NCBI GenBank assembly: GCA_963766735.1
Contig: CAVYBU010000007.1
Span: forward strand, 64,001 to 128,000
From: an uncultured Chloroflexia bacterium
Lineage (GTDB): Bacteria; Chloroflexota; Limnocylindria; Limnocylindrales; CSP1-4
Direction of reading: 5' to 3'
Length of the DNA stretch: 64,000 nucleotides
In this document: positions 1 to 9,678 of the stretch, piece by piece
How the letters are laid out: each line of letters begins with the position of its first letter
Numbering within the stretch: position 1 is the stretch's first letter
Position numbers and translations under genes: made by a program
Notes under the pieces: generated by a model
Databases searched by the model: none
What the model saw: the letters and a program-made list of their open reading frames with translations, nothing else
What the model was told of the DNA's origin: nothing

Positions 1-369
1 CAGCGCGGCCAGGATGCCGTTCACCTGCAGATCGCTCACGAAGACCGGCAGGAGCAGGAAGGATGCGACCTGGAAGATGAGCGTCGCGATGACGACGGCA
101 ATGACCGAGATCCCGGCGAACAGGGCCAGGAACAGCGGCCGGACCAGGAGGTTCAGCAGCCCGAGCACGATCGCCGCGAGCGTCAGGGTGCCGATGATCG
201 GGGCGCCGGAGACCAGATTGACGCCCGGCATGATCACGACCACGCCGGCCAGTGACACGACGCTGATCACGAGCGTGACGAGCAGGCGGCGAATGCGAGC
301 GCCGCGGGTCGGCTGCCAGGTCCGCATGACCTGGATCTGGAGCCTGTAGAAGTCGATCACCCCGCGCAT
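1..369 (-). CDS. Membrane protein, phage holin family (YvlD-like) N-terminal domain; runs off the window edge
   Basis: Manual translation MRGVIDFYRLQIQVMRTW...VLGLLNLLVRPLFLALF... is hydrophobic with the GLLNxxVRP motif; GGGAGG SD upstream. Not in the ORF track. Confidence 0.65.
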   Translation of the reverse strand, partial: MRGVIDFYRLQIQVMRTWQPTRGARIRRLLVTLVISVVSLAGVVVIMPGVNLVSGAPIIGTLTLAAIVLGLLNLLVRPLFLALFAGISVIAVVIATLIFQVASFLLLPVFVSDLQVNGILAAL

Positions 370-409
370 CTCGCCTCCCTCGTCCTCTGTATACCCACGC
401 TGGTTCGGC

Positions 410-1900
410 TCAGGAGCCGGCAGGCGTCGAGACCCGACCCGCGTCGATGGCCTCTCGGTAGGCGGCATAGTCCTTCGCGTTGATGTCTGCGTACGTCTCG
501 GCGAAGTCCGCGATCGCACCATCGAACGTGTCGCCCGTGCCGATGTAGGCGGCGATCGCAGCCGCATCGCCCGTGCTGGCGTGTGCACGAGCCAGCGACC
601 AGCCGCAGATGCCGCCATAGAAGCTCATGCCCGGGGGCTGCAGGACCGTGGTGTCGACGGATCCCTTCATGTCCCACAGCTGGCGGAGGTAGAAGTCACG
701 TCCGCCCGGGCCCGTCGTCCAGCCGAGGAAGATGTCCGACGTGGCCTGCATGAGCTGCTGCCCCACGACGACCCTCTGGCCGTGGTGGTCGTGCAGGCTC
801 GTTTCGAGGTATGGCTCCATGACCGAGGCCGTGGCCTCCTTGGCCTGGAGGATGAGCGGGTCGTTCTCGTCACGACCCTCGAGGACCAGGATGAAGCAGC
901 GGGTCCCGACGCTGCCCACGCCCACGACCTTGAGGGCAAGGTCCACGAAACGGTACCGCTCGAGGAAGGCGCGCCGGTTCTCGGGCATCGTGGCCCGGTA
1001 GTCGGTGAAGACCTTCTCGAGGGCTCCCGAGTCACCCTCCACGTGCATGACGAAGGGCGGGTCCTCGAGGATGACGCGGCGTCCGTCGGTCACCGCGGTG
1101 AGCGACTCGAAGGCCCGCATGCCGTCACGACGGCGCGCCTTGGAGAAGATGGCCTCAAGCCGTGCGCGGCGCGCGGCTCCGGTCCGTCCCTGCAGCAGGC
1201 CGGACGCCTCACCCGCCTCCCGGATATCGCGGTCGGTGATCTGCGTGTACCAGACGTCGAGCAGGCGCATGCCCGCGTAGCGAGCCATCCACTGGCGGTA
1301 GGCGCGGACGGTGGCCATCGTGGCCGCCCGGTTCTGCGCGGCGTAGAACCCGTTGGCACGGCCGGCGATCACGATGCTCGCGGCCAGGCGCTTGAGGTCC
1401 CACTCCCAGGGACCGGGCAACGTCTCGTCGAAGTCGTTGGTGTCGAAGACCAGCGTCCGCTCGGGCGAGGCGAAGAGCCCGAAGTTGGAGAGATGGGCGT
1501 CGCCGCTCGCCTGCACGATGATGTTCGAACGCGGTGTTCCCGAGAGGTCGAACGCCATCACCGCGGGTGTGCCCCGGTAGTAGGCAAAGGCAGACGCGGC
1601 CATGCGCTCGTGGCGCAGCGGCACGAGGTCCTGGAGCCTGTCCAGCTCCTGGGCCTCAAGGATCGCGATGGGGTCACGCCCGGGTGCCGGCTCGAACGCC
1701 GCGTGGCTGGGCCGGGGAACCTCCTTCCGGCGTGCCTTGCCGGCGGCGGCGCGCTGCGCGGGATCGACCCACGGCCTTGCCGTCCAGGAGGGACCCTGAA
1801 CCGGAAGGTCGGCCTGCCAGGCGGCGTCGTACTCCGCCGCCATCGCCTTGTCCGGGACGGTCTTCCGCGCCCGTCGCACCGACCTGGTCGGCTCGGTCAT
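410..1900 (-). CDS. DUF2252 domain-containing protein (kinase-like fold)
   Basis: Motifs RHERMAASAFAYYRG, GDAHLSNFG, DFDETLPGPWEWDLKRLAAS, KVVGVGSVG and LARAHA; start chosen at MTEPTRS. Confidence 0.9.
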   Translation of the reverse strand: MTEPTRSVRRARKTVPDKAMAAEYDAAWQADLPVQGPSWTARPWVDPAQRAAAGKARRKEVPRPSHAAFEPAPGRDPIAILEAQELDRLQDLVPLRHERMAASAFAYYRGTPAVMAFDLSGTPRSNIIVQASGDAHLSNFGLFASPERTLVFDTNDFDETLPGPWEWDLKRLAASIVIAGRANGFYAAQNRAATMATVRAYRQWMARYAGMRLLDVWYTQITDRDIREAGEASGLLQGRTGAARRARLEAIFSKARRRDGMRAFESLTAVTDGRRVILEDPPFVMHVEGDSGALEKVFTDYRATMPENRRAFLERYRFVDLALKVVGVGSVGTRCFILVLEGRDENDPLILQAKEATASVMEPYLETSLHDHHGQRVVVGQQLMQATSDIFLGWTTGPGGRDFYLRQLWDMKGSVDTTVLQPPGMSFYGGICGWSLARAHASTGDAAAIAAYIGTGDTFDGAIADFAETYADINAKDYAAYREAIDAGRVSTPAGS

Positions 1901-2126
1901 CGTGCTGCTCCCTGTGCATCCGGAATGCCCCCCGATCAGGCCGAATCTTGGGCGGCGCGGGGTGCGGTCACGAAGTCTAGCCGACGAACGCACGCGGGGC
2001 CGTCCGGGCGCCATTGCACGTGGACATCGCCGGCGTCGGTCGAGGTTCACGGTGCACCGACGGCCGGCGCGGGATCGGCGGTCCGCGCTACCGTTGGCGC
2101 CTGGAGAAGCACACGGGAGACGCGCA

Positions 2127-2492
2127 TTGGATGGGTCCGCGGCAGTCGTCATCACGCTGGCACTGGTGTTCTACTCGATCGGCGTCTGGAGCGAGCGGAT
2201 CCAGGGACGGCTCCGACCGTGGCACCTGGCGTTCTTCTGGGCCGGGCTGGTGTGCGACACGATCGGCACCGGGATGATGCTGGACTTTGCCGGCGGGCTC
2301 ACCGCGGACATCCACGGCATCTCCGGCGTCCTCGCCATCGTTCTCATGGCGATCCATGCGATCTGGGCGACGATCGTTCTGGCGCGGCGGGACGAGCGGC
2401 TGATCCTCACCTTCCACCGGTTCAGCCTGGTCGTCTGGGCAATCTGGCTGATCCCGTACTTCAGCCCGATGTTCTTCGCGCTGGGCGGTTGA
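2127..2492 (+). CDS. Small membrane protein, HsmA/TIGR03987 family
   Basis: ALVFYSIGVWSE, CDTIGT, HGISG and HRFSLVVWAIWLIPY; TTG start inferred after GGAGA. Confidence 0.75.
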   Translation: MDGSAAVVITLALVFYSIGVWSERIQGRLRPWHLAFFWAGLVCDTIGTGMMLDFAGGLTADIHGISGVLAIVLMAIHAIWATIVLARRDERLILTFHRFSLVVWAIWLIPYFSPMFFALGG

Positions 2493-2613
2493 GCGTGGGC
2501 CGCGAGGCTGATCCTGCCGAACGCCTCTGGTCCGGAGGGACGCGACGTCGCACCGTTGCGACCGGCAGGCTGGGATCCGCTGCTCTGTCGATCGCAAACC
2601 CGGGAGATGTGTG

Positions 2614-3111
2614 ATGGTCGTGTCGAAGGAGCTGCCCCGCGATGCCGCGAGGTACCTCCAGCAGGCGATCGACGCGGGCAGGGAGGGCATGCGAGCCCGC
2701 GCCGGCGGTCCGTTCGGCGCAATCGTGGTCGGACCCGACGGGGCCGTGGTCGGGGTGGGCTGCAACCGGGTCACATCGGCCAATGACCCCACGGCTCATG
2801 CCGAGGTCACGGCCATCCGCGCCGCCTGTGCTGGGTTGGGGACGTTCCTCCTGGAGGGCTGCACGCTGTACGCCAGCTGTGAGCCGTGCCCGATGTGTCT
2901 GGCGGCGGCGTACTGGGCCCGCGTGAAGGCGATCGTCTACGGCGCCACACGTGCGGATGCGGCTGCGGCCGGGTTCGACGACGCGTTCATCTACGAGGAG
3001 ATCGGGCTGCCCGTGGATGCCCGGCGGATACCCATGCGGCTTCTTCCCGGCGAGTCCGCGTCGGGGTTGTTCGAGGAGTGGCGCGCGATGGAAGACCGCA
3101 CGCCGTACTGA
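2614..3111 (+). CDS. Zn-dependent nucleoside/guanine deaminase (B. subtilis GuaD type)
   Basis: GGPFGA, DPTAHAE, CEPCPMC, GFDDAFIY and C-terminal Tyr. Confidence 0.85.
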   Translation: MVVSKELPRDAARYLQQAIDAGREGMRARAGGPFGAIVVGPDGAVVGVGCNRVTSANDPTAHAEVTAIRAACAGLGTFLLEGCTLYASCEPCPMCLAAAYWARVKAIVYGATRADAAAAGFDDAFIYEEIGLPVDARRIPMRLLPGESASGLFEEWRAMEDRTPY

Positions 3112-3154
3112 TCGCCCAGGGTCAGCCCCGGATCAGCGCTGGGTGAGCCCCGGG

Positions 3155-3652
3155 TCAGCCCGCCTCCAGCAGTTCCGCTGCTATCGACGCCGCCCAGTCG
3201 TCGATTGCGGTCCAGTCACGGAAATCGCCGACGGGGTGCGTGGCGAGGATCTGGGGGTCCACCCCGGGCGCATCGGGATCCAGGCGCCCGCCAAACGTCC
3301 GGTGCCCCCGAGGCTCCAGCATCGCGGTGACCTCCGCCGCCTGCGGCGCGATCGGCAGGTCTGCGTCGGCGAGCCGACGGTCCAGGGGGCCGCTGCTGAA
3401 TAGCCAGACAGGGCGACCCTTGAGGGCCTCGCCATGACGGGTGGCGAACCGGTTGGCGTCGCGCTGCCAGTGCGCAGCGTAGAGGGCGCTACCGAGTACC
3501 ACCGCGTCAAATGCCGTGACGTCCGAGACATCGCGGGCGGACTCGGCGGACGCCTCCAGGCCGGCAGACGTGAGCGTCGCCGCGATCCTCTCGGCAATCT
3601 CGGCGGTGGAGCCCATCTTGGACGCATACGCGACGAGCACTCGAGTGGTCAT
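3155..3652 (-). CDS. Flavodoxin-domain protein (HemG-like, Flavodoxin_5)
   Basis: VAYASKMGSTAEIA, LGSALY, WLFSSGPL and GDFRDW. Confidence 0.85.
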   Translation of the reverse strand: MTTRVLVAYASKMGSTAEIAERIAATLTSAGLEASAESARDVSDVTAFDAVVLGSALYAAHWQRDANRFATRHGEALKGRPVWLFSSGPLDRRLADADLPIAPQAAEVTAMLEPRGHRTFGGRLDPDAPGVDPQILATHPVGDFRDWTAIDDWAASIAAELLEAG

Positions 3653-3800
3653 GGCATCCTCGTTCGAGCGCCGCCTGGGACGCCGCCGGCGACCCGCACA
3701 TCTTGCCTCAACGGACGTCGATGTTCACGGTTCTGGTGTTGGGGCCGCGCCCGGGCCGGCGGATACCCGCCGACCCGGGCGGAAGGCCGTGCGGACCCGG

Positions 3801-4352
3801 TCAGGCGGTCGCGGGGACCGGCTTGCCGGACATCAGCCACCTCCGGAGCGCCGGACTGACCCGCTCGGCCAGGACGCCGTCGAGGCCGTAGTACCGCCCT
3901 GCGCCGAGTCCGACCAGCGTCGCGCAGATGAGCGCGTAGGCCAGGTGCTGGTTGACCACGCCGTAGGCGAAGTCCCAGGCCGCGACGAAGAAGAACAGCA
4001 TCATCAGCGAACCCATCGCGGCGGCGAAGCGGGTGAACAGCCCGAGGACCAGGCAGATACCGATGGCGAGCTGCCCGAACGGTACGAGGACGTTGATGAC
4101 GCTCATGGCCGAGGAGTTGCCCGCCAGGGCGACCCAGAAGGCCTGCGTCGGGTTGAACACGGTGCCTTCGGCAATCTCGCCGACCACGAAGGGCCAGCCC
4201 AGGGTGCCGGCCGTCGCGAACTTGAGGAAGCCACTGGCATCGAATGCCTCCGGGGCCAGAAGCTTCTCCAGCCCGGCCCACAGGAAGATGATCCCCACGG
4301 CGATGCGCAGGAGGGCCACCCCTCGCTGGTGGATCTTGCCCTTGATCTCCAC
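3801..4352 (-). CDS. DoxX/DoxD family membrane protein
   Basis: LLRIAVGIIFLWAGLEK, LGLFTRFAA and GAGRYYGLD; GTG start after GGAGG. Confidence 0.8.
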   Translation of the reverse strand: MEIKGKIHQRGVALLRIAVGIIFLWAGLEKLLAPEAFDASGFLKFATAGTLGWPFVVGEIAEGTVFNPTQAFWVALAGNSSAMSVINVLVPFGQLAIGICLVLGLFTRFAAAMGSLMMLFFFVAAWDFAYGVVNQHLAYALICATLVGLGAGRYYGLDGVLAERVSPALRRWLMSGKPVPATA

Positions 4353-4542
4353 GTGAAACCTCCGACCCCTCGCTCCGGCGACGATCGCCGGCGGCCACCG
4401 GCCGCGGGGTGATACCGACCCTGTGACCTGCCAGGGACGCAGGGGGTTCGACAGCACAGGCCATCTGGCCCCCTGTGGACGGGCCATCAGGAGGACAACG
4501 ATATCGGAAGGAGCTGGCGCCTGAGAAGGTAGGCTGCCTTCG

Positions 4543-5328
4543 ATGGAGGGCGTGGAGACCCGATCGGCGATGAACCTGTTGCGGCGCGGGACGCGGTGGC
4601 TGGAGGCTGCGCCGGCGTACCCGGCCAACGCGGCGGACCTCAGGACGGTCAACGTCCTGGGGCTTCGGCTTCCCGTGCGCGCGACGGTCGCGGTGGTCGC
4701 GGTGGCGCTGCTCCTTCTTCTCGACTACCACGGGCGGATCAACGGCCTGGTCGAGGCGGTCCTTGGTCCGTTCGGCCATGACGCTGCTTCCGCCAAGCGC
4801 TTGAGCTCGATCGGGCGCCTCCTGCTGGAGGGCGGAATTCCCCTTCTCGTCGTGCTCTTCGTGTTCCGCGATCGGCCGGGACGGTACGGCCTGGCGATCG
4901 GAGACTGGCGAGCCGGCCTGGCGATCGCGATCGGCGGCTGCCTGGGCATGATGCCCATCGTCCTCGGCGCCGTGCACCTCGCAGACTTCGCTGCCTACTA
5001 CGCCCCACAGGGGACGTCCGTCGCGAACGTGTTCCTGACGACGGCGCTGGAAGTCATCCCCGCCGAGTTCTTCTTCCGGGGGTTCCTGCTGTTCGCGCTG
5101 CTGCGCGTCATCGGACCGCTTGCGGTCGTCATCGCCACCCTGCCGTTCGCGTTCATCCACCTGGGCAAGCCGGAGATCGAGACGCTCAGCACCCTGGCAG
5201 GCGGGTTGCTGTACGGGTGGCTGGACTGGAGAACCGGGTCCGTGGTGTGGAGCGGGCTTGCCCACACCTGGATCCTGTCGGTCACGATCCTCGCCGCGGC
5301 GGCAGCAGGTGTCGCGCCCGGAGGCTGA
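4543..5328 (+). CDS. CPBP (CAAX/Abi) family intramembrane metalloprotease
   Basis: AEFFFRG, FAFIHLGK and SGLAH motifs; multiple TM segments. Confidence 0.85.
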   Translation: MEGVETRSAMNLLRRGTRWLEAAPAYPANAADLRTVNVLGLRLPVRATVAVVAVALLLLLDYHGRINGLVEAVLGPFGHDAASAKRLSSIGRLLLEGGIPLLVVLFVFRDRPGRYGLAIGDWRAGLAIAIGGCLGMMPIVLGAVHLADFAAYYAPQGTSVANVFLTTALEVIPAEFFFRGFLLFALLRVIGPLAVVIATLPFAFIHLGKPEIETLSTLAGGLLYGWLDWRTGSVVWSGLAHTWILSVTILAAAAAGVAPGG

Positions 5329-5383
5329 AGACCGTCGTCGCCCGGACGGCGCAGCGGCTGTCCAGCGGCCGTATCCTCGCCCC

Positions 5384-6412
5384 ATGGCCCAGGGTTCCGC
5401 CCCCGACGACATCGTCCAGCTCGCCAACGCGCGTGCCGCCGCCCGGCGCGCGCGGGACTGGATCACCGCGGACGATCTGCGCGCCCGCATCGAGGCCGCG
5501 GGCTGGAAGGTGATCGACGTCGGCACCCTGTACGACCTGGAGCGCGCAGCGCCCGAGGACACCCGGGATGGGGGGACGATCCGGTACGGCGCCAGCTCAT
5601 CCGTTCCATCCCGTCTGGGCGAGACCCCAACCCGGTCGGCGTCCGTCGTCCTGCTGGCCACGGACTGGCCCGAGGATGTCGAGCGGACTGTCCGGGCCCT
5701 GGCGGCGACGTCACCGGCCGGAACCCAGGTCATCGTGGTCGCAAACGGGGAGTCGGAGGCGCAGGCGACGTCCCTGGCCGCGCTCGAGGAGGGCGGACCC
5801 CCCGGCGAGGGTGTGACGCTGGAGGTGATCCGCACCAGCTCGCGGCTCGGGTTCGCGACTGCGCTCAACGCGGGGATTCGAAGAGCCGAGGCTCCGGTTG
5901 TGGTGGTGGTGGACACCTCGGTTGAACCGCAGGGGAACCTCATCACGCCGCTGGTTGCCGCCCTCGGGGATCCCGGGGTCGCAGTCGCGGGGCCGTACGG
6001 GGTTGTGTCGGAGGACCTCCGCCGGTTCGCGGAGCCGGCGGCCGGCATCGTGGACGTGGATGCGATCGAGGGGTACGCGATGGCGTTCCGCCGGGAGGAC
6101 TACGCCGCACGCGGGCCGCTGGACGAGCACTTCGTGTTCTTCCGGCACCTCGACCTGTGGTGGAGCCTCGTGCTCCGGGACCAGGGAGAGGACGATCCCG
6201 ACGAAGCCGCCCCCCGGCGTGCCGTGCGGGTGGCCGGGATCGCGATCCAGCGCCATCCACACCGGGAGTGGGCCCGCGTCGCGGACCAGGAGCGCGACCG
6301 GCTCTCGAAGAAGAACTTCTACCGTGTGCTCAAGAGGTTCGCATCTCGCCGCGACCTGCTGGTGGGGCAGGGGGTGGGCGACCGGGGGACACAGGACAGA
6401 GGGCATCGATAG
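5384..6412 (+). CDS. GT2-family glycosyltransferase with N-terminal CysRS C-terminal (anticodon-binding)-like domain
   Basis: N-terminal ARAAARRARDWITADDLRARIEAAGWKVID, then GT-A elements VIVVANG, LGFATALNAG, VVDTSVE and GPLDEHF. Confidence 0.7.
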   Translation: MAQGSAPDDIVQLANARAAARRARDWITADDLRARIEAAGWKVIDVGTLYDLERAAPEDTRDGGTIRYGASSSVPSRLGETPTRSASVVLLATDWPEDVERTVRALAATSPAGTQVIVVANGESEAQATSLAALEEGGPPGEGVTLEVIRTSSRLGFATALNAGIRRAEAPVVVVVDTSVEPQGNLITPLVAALGDPGVAVAGPYGVVSEDLRRFAEPAAGIVDVDAIEGYAMAFRREDYAARGPLDEHFVFFRHLDLWWSLVLRDQGEDDPDEAAPRRAVRVAGIAIQRHPHREWARVADQERDRLSKKNFYRVLKRFASRRDLLVGQGVGDRGTQDRGHR

Positions 6413-6436
6413 CGCGAGCCGGGAGACGATCCAGCC

Positions 6437-6567
6437 GGAGCCCTAACGAACCCAGCGGCGTCTCGTTCCCTTGGCAGAGGCCTCGCGGACAGCATCGTTC
6501 CCCCGGCGGTGTGGCACAGCGAGGCCTCATTTTCTTGTTGACCCTTGCCGGGACGGCGATGGGCGCC
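6437..6567. ncRNA. Candidate structured RNA (rod with internal bubble) or extended terminator
   Basis: GAGGCCTCGC (6477-6486) pairs with GCGAGGCCTC (6519-6528); outer pairing GGAGCCC/GGGCGCC. Confidence 0.3.
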
Positions 6568-6593
6568 TGAGGGGGCGTTCCCGCCCTCGCCCG

Positions 6594-6599
6594 TATACT
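6594..6599 (+). promoter_or_regulatory. Putative -10 element (TATACT) for the SBP operon
   Basis: Near-consensus hexamer in GC-rich DNA about 55 nt before the GTG. Confidence 0.5.
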
Positions 6600-6654
6600 C
6601 CGCCCGTGTGTCGCTGGATCCGCGGCGACTCGACCCTGGATTGCCGGAGGGGGC

Positions 6655-8310
6655 GTGGCAGAGGCTGACCTGATCGACGAGGGCCCGCTGACTCCGCCGT
6701 CGCGCGGGCGTCGGTTGGCCGTCGCCGCGCTCGCGGTCGCGCTCGTGGGCGCGATGGTCGTCGGCCTATGGCCGGCCGCGCCCGTCACGGTCACGCCCTT
6801 CGTGGTCGCGGCCGAGCCCGCCGACACCGACGTCGTCACGATCCTGGCCGGCTCGCCCGCCTCGATCGACCCGGCGTACCACGGGGACCTGGGCAGCGCG
6901 TCCTTCATCAGCCAGCTGTTCGAGACCCTCACGGCCGTCGACCCCGGTCTGGAGGTCCGGCCTGCGCTCGCAGAATCGTGGACCGTGGAAGACGAGGGCA
7001 GGCGCGTGACGTTCACGCTCCGTCCCGGCTTGCAGTTCAGCGACGGGACGCCGCTCACCGCGACTGACGTCGTGCACAGCTGGCGCCGCCTGTTCAACCA
7101 GGGCAATCCTTCGCCTCTTGCCTCGCTGGTCGCGGACATCGTCGGGGCGCGGGCACTTCTGACGGGCCAGGCGACCGACATCTCGACGCTGGGGATCCGG
7201 GCGGAGGGCGACCGCACGGTGGTGGTGGATCTCGAGCGGGGAGGGGGAGACCTGCCCGCAATCGTCTCAGGCGCGCCGTTCGCGGTGGTGCCGCCGTCGA
7301 CCACCGCAGACGAGATCGTGCCGGTGCCCGGCAGTTTCGTGGGCAGCGGCGGCTACGTCCTGGAGAGCGTCGGCCCGGATGCCTTCGTCCTGACCGCCAA
7401 CCCTCGGTACTGGGCCGGCGAGCCTGCGATCCGCACTGTCCGAATGCTGGCGACCCTCAACGGGGGCAGCCCGCTCGATGCGTTTGTCGAGGGCACCGTG
7501 GACGTCACCCCGGTCAGCTACCTCGACGCGGGCTGGATCGCCTACGACCGGGAGCTCGGCTCGTCGCTCAGAAGCGACGCGGACCTGTCGGTGACCTACT
7601 ACGGGTTCGACACCGTGCAAGCGCCTTTCGACGACGTCGGTGTGCGCCAGGCGTTTGCGCAGGCCGTGGACTGGCGCCGCCTCGCCCTCCTGGACAACCC
7701 CGGCTCGTCGGTCCCGGCCAGCGGCATGGTTCCTGCCGGCATGCCGGGTGCGCCGGAGGGGGACTTCATGCCGCCGTACGATCCCGGTGCCGCCCGCCGC
7801 CTGCTCGCCGATTCCGGCTACCCCGGCGGTCAGGGTCTTGGTCCGATCTCCTTCATCGGCAGCGGCGGCGGCTACGACCAGGCCGTCGTGACGATGCTTG
7901 AGGAGAACCTGGGCGTCACCATCGACTACGCGACGATGGACTTCGCCGCATACCAGCTTCGGCTGGCAACGGATCCCCCCCAGCTGTGGAGCCTGTCGTG
8001 GATCGCGGACTACCCGGGTCCGAACGACTTCCTGGGGGTCCTCCTGGGCACGGGATCGACATCCAACCAGGGGGGCTGGTCATCGGCTCCGTTCGACACC
8101 GCGATCACAGACGCCACCTCGGCCGCGGATCCCGCTGATGCAACCGCGGCGTACGCGCGCGCGATGATGATCGTCAAGGAGGACGTTCCGGTCGTGCCCG
8201 TTTCGTACGGCACTTCCTATTCGCTCGTCCGGGAGGGCCTCACGGGGGCCAGCCAGACGGGGACCGGCATCCTCCGGCTCGCGGGCCTCGCGTGGGGAGA
8301 CGTGCCGTGA
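6655..8310 (+). CDS. Peptide/nickel ABC transporter substrate-binding protein (family 5)
   Basis: LFETL, PALAESW, FTLRPGLQFSDGTPLTATDV, GSGGY, NPRYW and WIADYP; N-terminal TM anchor. Confidence 0.9.
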   Translation: MAEADLIDEGPLTPPSRGRRLAVAALAVALVGAMVVGLWPAAPVTVTPFVVAAEPADTDVVTILAGSPASIDPAYHGDLGSASFISQLFETLTAVDPGLEVRPALAESWTVEDEGRRVTFTLRPGLQFSDGTPLTATDVVHSWRRLFNQGNPSPLASLVADIVGARALLTGQATDISTLGIRAEGDRTVVVDLERGGGDLPAIVSGAPFAVVPPSTTADEIVPVPGSFVGSGGYVLESVGPDAFVLTANPRYWAGEPAIRTVRMLATLNGGSPLDAFVEGTVDVTPVSYLDAGWIAYDRELGSSLRSDADLSVTYYGFDTVQAPFDDVGVRQAFAQAVDWRRLALLDNPGSSVPASGMVPAGMPGAPEGDFMPPYDPGAARRLLADSGYPGGQGLGPISFIGSGGGYDQAVVTMLEENLGVTIDYATMDFAAYQLRLATDPPQLWSLSWIADYPGPNDFLGVLLGTGSTSNQGGWSSAPFDTAITDATSAADPADATAAYARAMMIVKEDVPVVPVSYGTSYSLVREGLTGASQTGTGILRLAGLAWGDVP

Positions 8311-9674
8311 AGCGGGGCAGAGCGCGCATTGGCGTGATGGAGGGCCTGGCGACCCTGGCGACCGCCGCCGCCCTGCTGCTGCCGACCGGGGTGGTGCATG
8401 CCGCCGACGTCGCCTTCGGCACCCCGGACGCGACCGCGACCTTCGGCGAGAGCATCGAGTTCACGGTACCGATCACCGCTGGCGCTGCGCCTGAGCGGAT
8501 CGAGCTGAGGCTCGGGTTCCCGGCCGCGCTCGGTCCCTACGTCATCGACATCCCGGCGCCCGGACCCGGTTCGCAGACGCTGCGCTACGTCCTGGATCTG
8601 ACCGGCTCGGGCCACCTGGCGCCCAACACGCCGGTCGTCGCCACCTGGGCGGCCTTCACGTCCCTGGACGCGGCGCCGGTCCTGAGCTCGCCGGTCACCG
8701 TCCGCTATGAGGACACCGCTCATGAGTGGCGCGAGGTGAAGGGGGACCTCGTCACCGTCCACTGGTACGAGGGCAGCGAGTCCTTTGCCAAGAGGGCGCT
8801 GCGGATCGGGGAGGACGCGGTCCGCGAGACTGCCGCGCTCCTCGGGGTGACGGAATCCGAGCCGATCGACTTCTACATCTATGGTGACGATGCGTCGTTC
8901 CGCGCGGCCCTCGGCCCCGGTTCGCGCGAGAACATCGGCGGCACGTCGCACTCCGACATCCGCACCTTGTTCGCGCTGATCACGCCCGGGCAGATCGACG
9001 ACACGTGGGTCGGCATCGTCGTGCCCCACGAGCTGGTCCACCTTGTCTTCGCAACCGCCGTCGACAACCCGTATCGCCAGCCGCCGCTCTGGTTCAACGA
9101 AGGATTGGCCGTGTACCTGTCGGAGGGCTACGGGCCGGCTGACCGGAAGCGGGTTGAGGATGCCGTGGCCACGCGGGACCTCTTCCCGCTCACCGCGCTC
9201 GACCAGTTCCCCAGGTATGGCGATCTCGTCAACCTCGCCTATGCGGAGTCGGTGTCCGCCATCGACCACATCGTCCGCACCGACGGAGATGACGCCCTCC
9301 TGGCGGTGGTGGATGCCTACGGCAATGGCATGACCGACGACGAGGCGTTCACGGCGGCGCTGGGGAGGGATTTCGAGGCCTTCGAGGCTGGCTGGCTGGC
9401 GGAGCTGGGGGCCGAGAAGCCCGAGAGGTATGGCCCGAAGCCCGCGCCGGCTGGCCCGTTGCCCCCGGGCTGGAGCGGTCCCAACGCCTCGCCGGGTCCC
9501 GGCGCTACGCCCGGTGCCCTCAATCCATCCGCTCCCGCGACGGCTGCACCAACCGACGGCGGGGAATCGCGGAGCGGTCTCGAGACCGGGGCCGTCCTTG
9601 CGGCCATCCTCGCAGTCGTGGCGGTGGTGGTGATCGCACTCGTCGTGGCCCGGCGGCGCGCAGGTCCGGCGTGA
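8307..9674 (+). CDS. Exported peptidase MA-family zinc metallopeptidase with C-terminal membrane anchor
   Basis: Signal peptide, HELVH (HExxH), WFNEGLA, LAYAES, Pro-rich linker, TM and RRR; GTGA overlap with the SBP stop. Confidence 0.85.
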   Translation: MKRGRARIGVMEGLATLATAAALLLPTGVVHAADVAFGTPDATATFGESIEFTVPITAGAAPERIELRLGFPAALGPYVIDIPAPGPGSQTLRYVLDLTGSGHLAPNTPVVATWAAFTSLDAAPVLSSPVTVRYEDTAHEWREVKGDLVTVHWYEGSESFAKRALRIGEDAVRETAALLGVTESEPIDFYIYGDDASFRAALGPGSRENIGGTSHSDIRTLFALITPGQIDDTWVGIVVPHELVHLVFATAVDNPYRQPPLWFNEGLAVYLSEGYGPADRKRVEDAVATRDLFPLTALDQFPRYGDLVNLAYAESVSAIDHIVRTDGDDALLAVVDAYGNGMTDDEAFTAALGRDFEAFEAGWLAELGAEKPERYGPKPAPAGPLPPGWSGPNASPGPGATPGALNPSAPATAAPTDGGESRSGLETGAVLAAILAVVAVVVIALVVARRRAGPA

Positions 9675-9678
9675 CATC

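Noticed and set aside
1-369. Prophage inferred from a holin-family annotation
   Set aside because: This membrane family is common in non-phage contexts, and no phage genes are adjacent within the window
581-2614. 677-aa plus-strand ORF and many similar long ORFs (e.g. 3649-6048, 10377-12323, 35788-37737, 46006-47844)
   Set aside because: Antisense or alternate-frame shadows of recognisable genes in high-GC DNA; no family motifs
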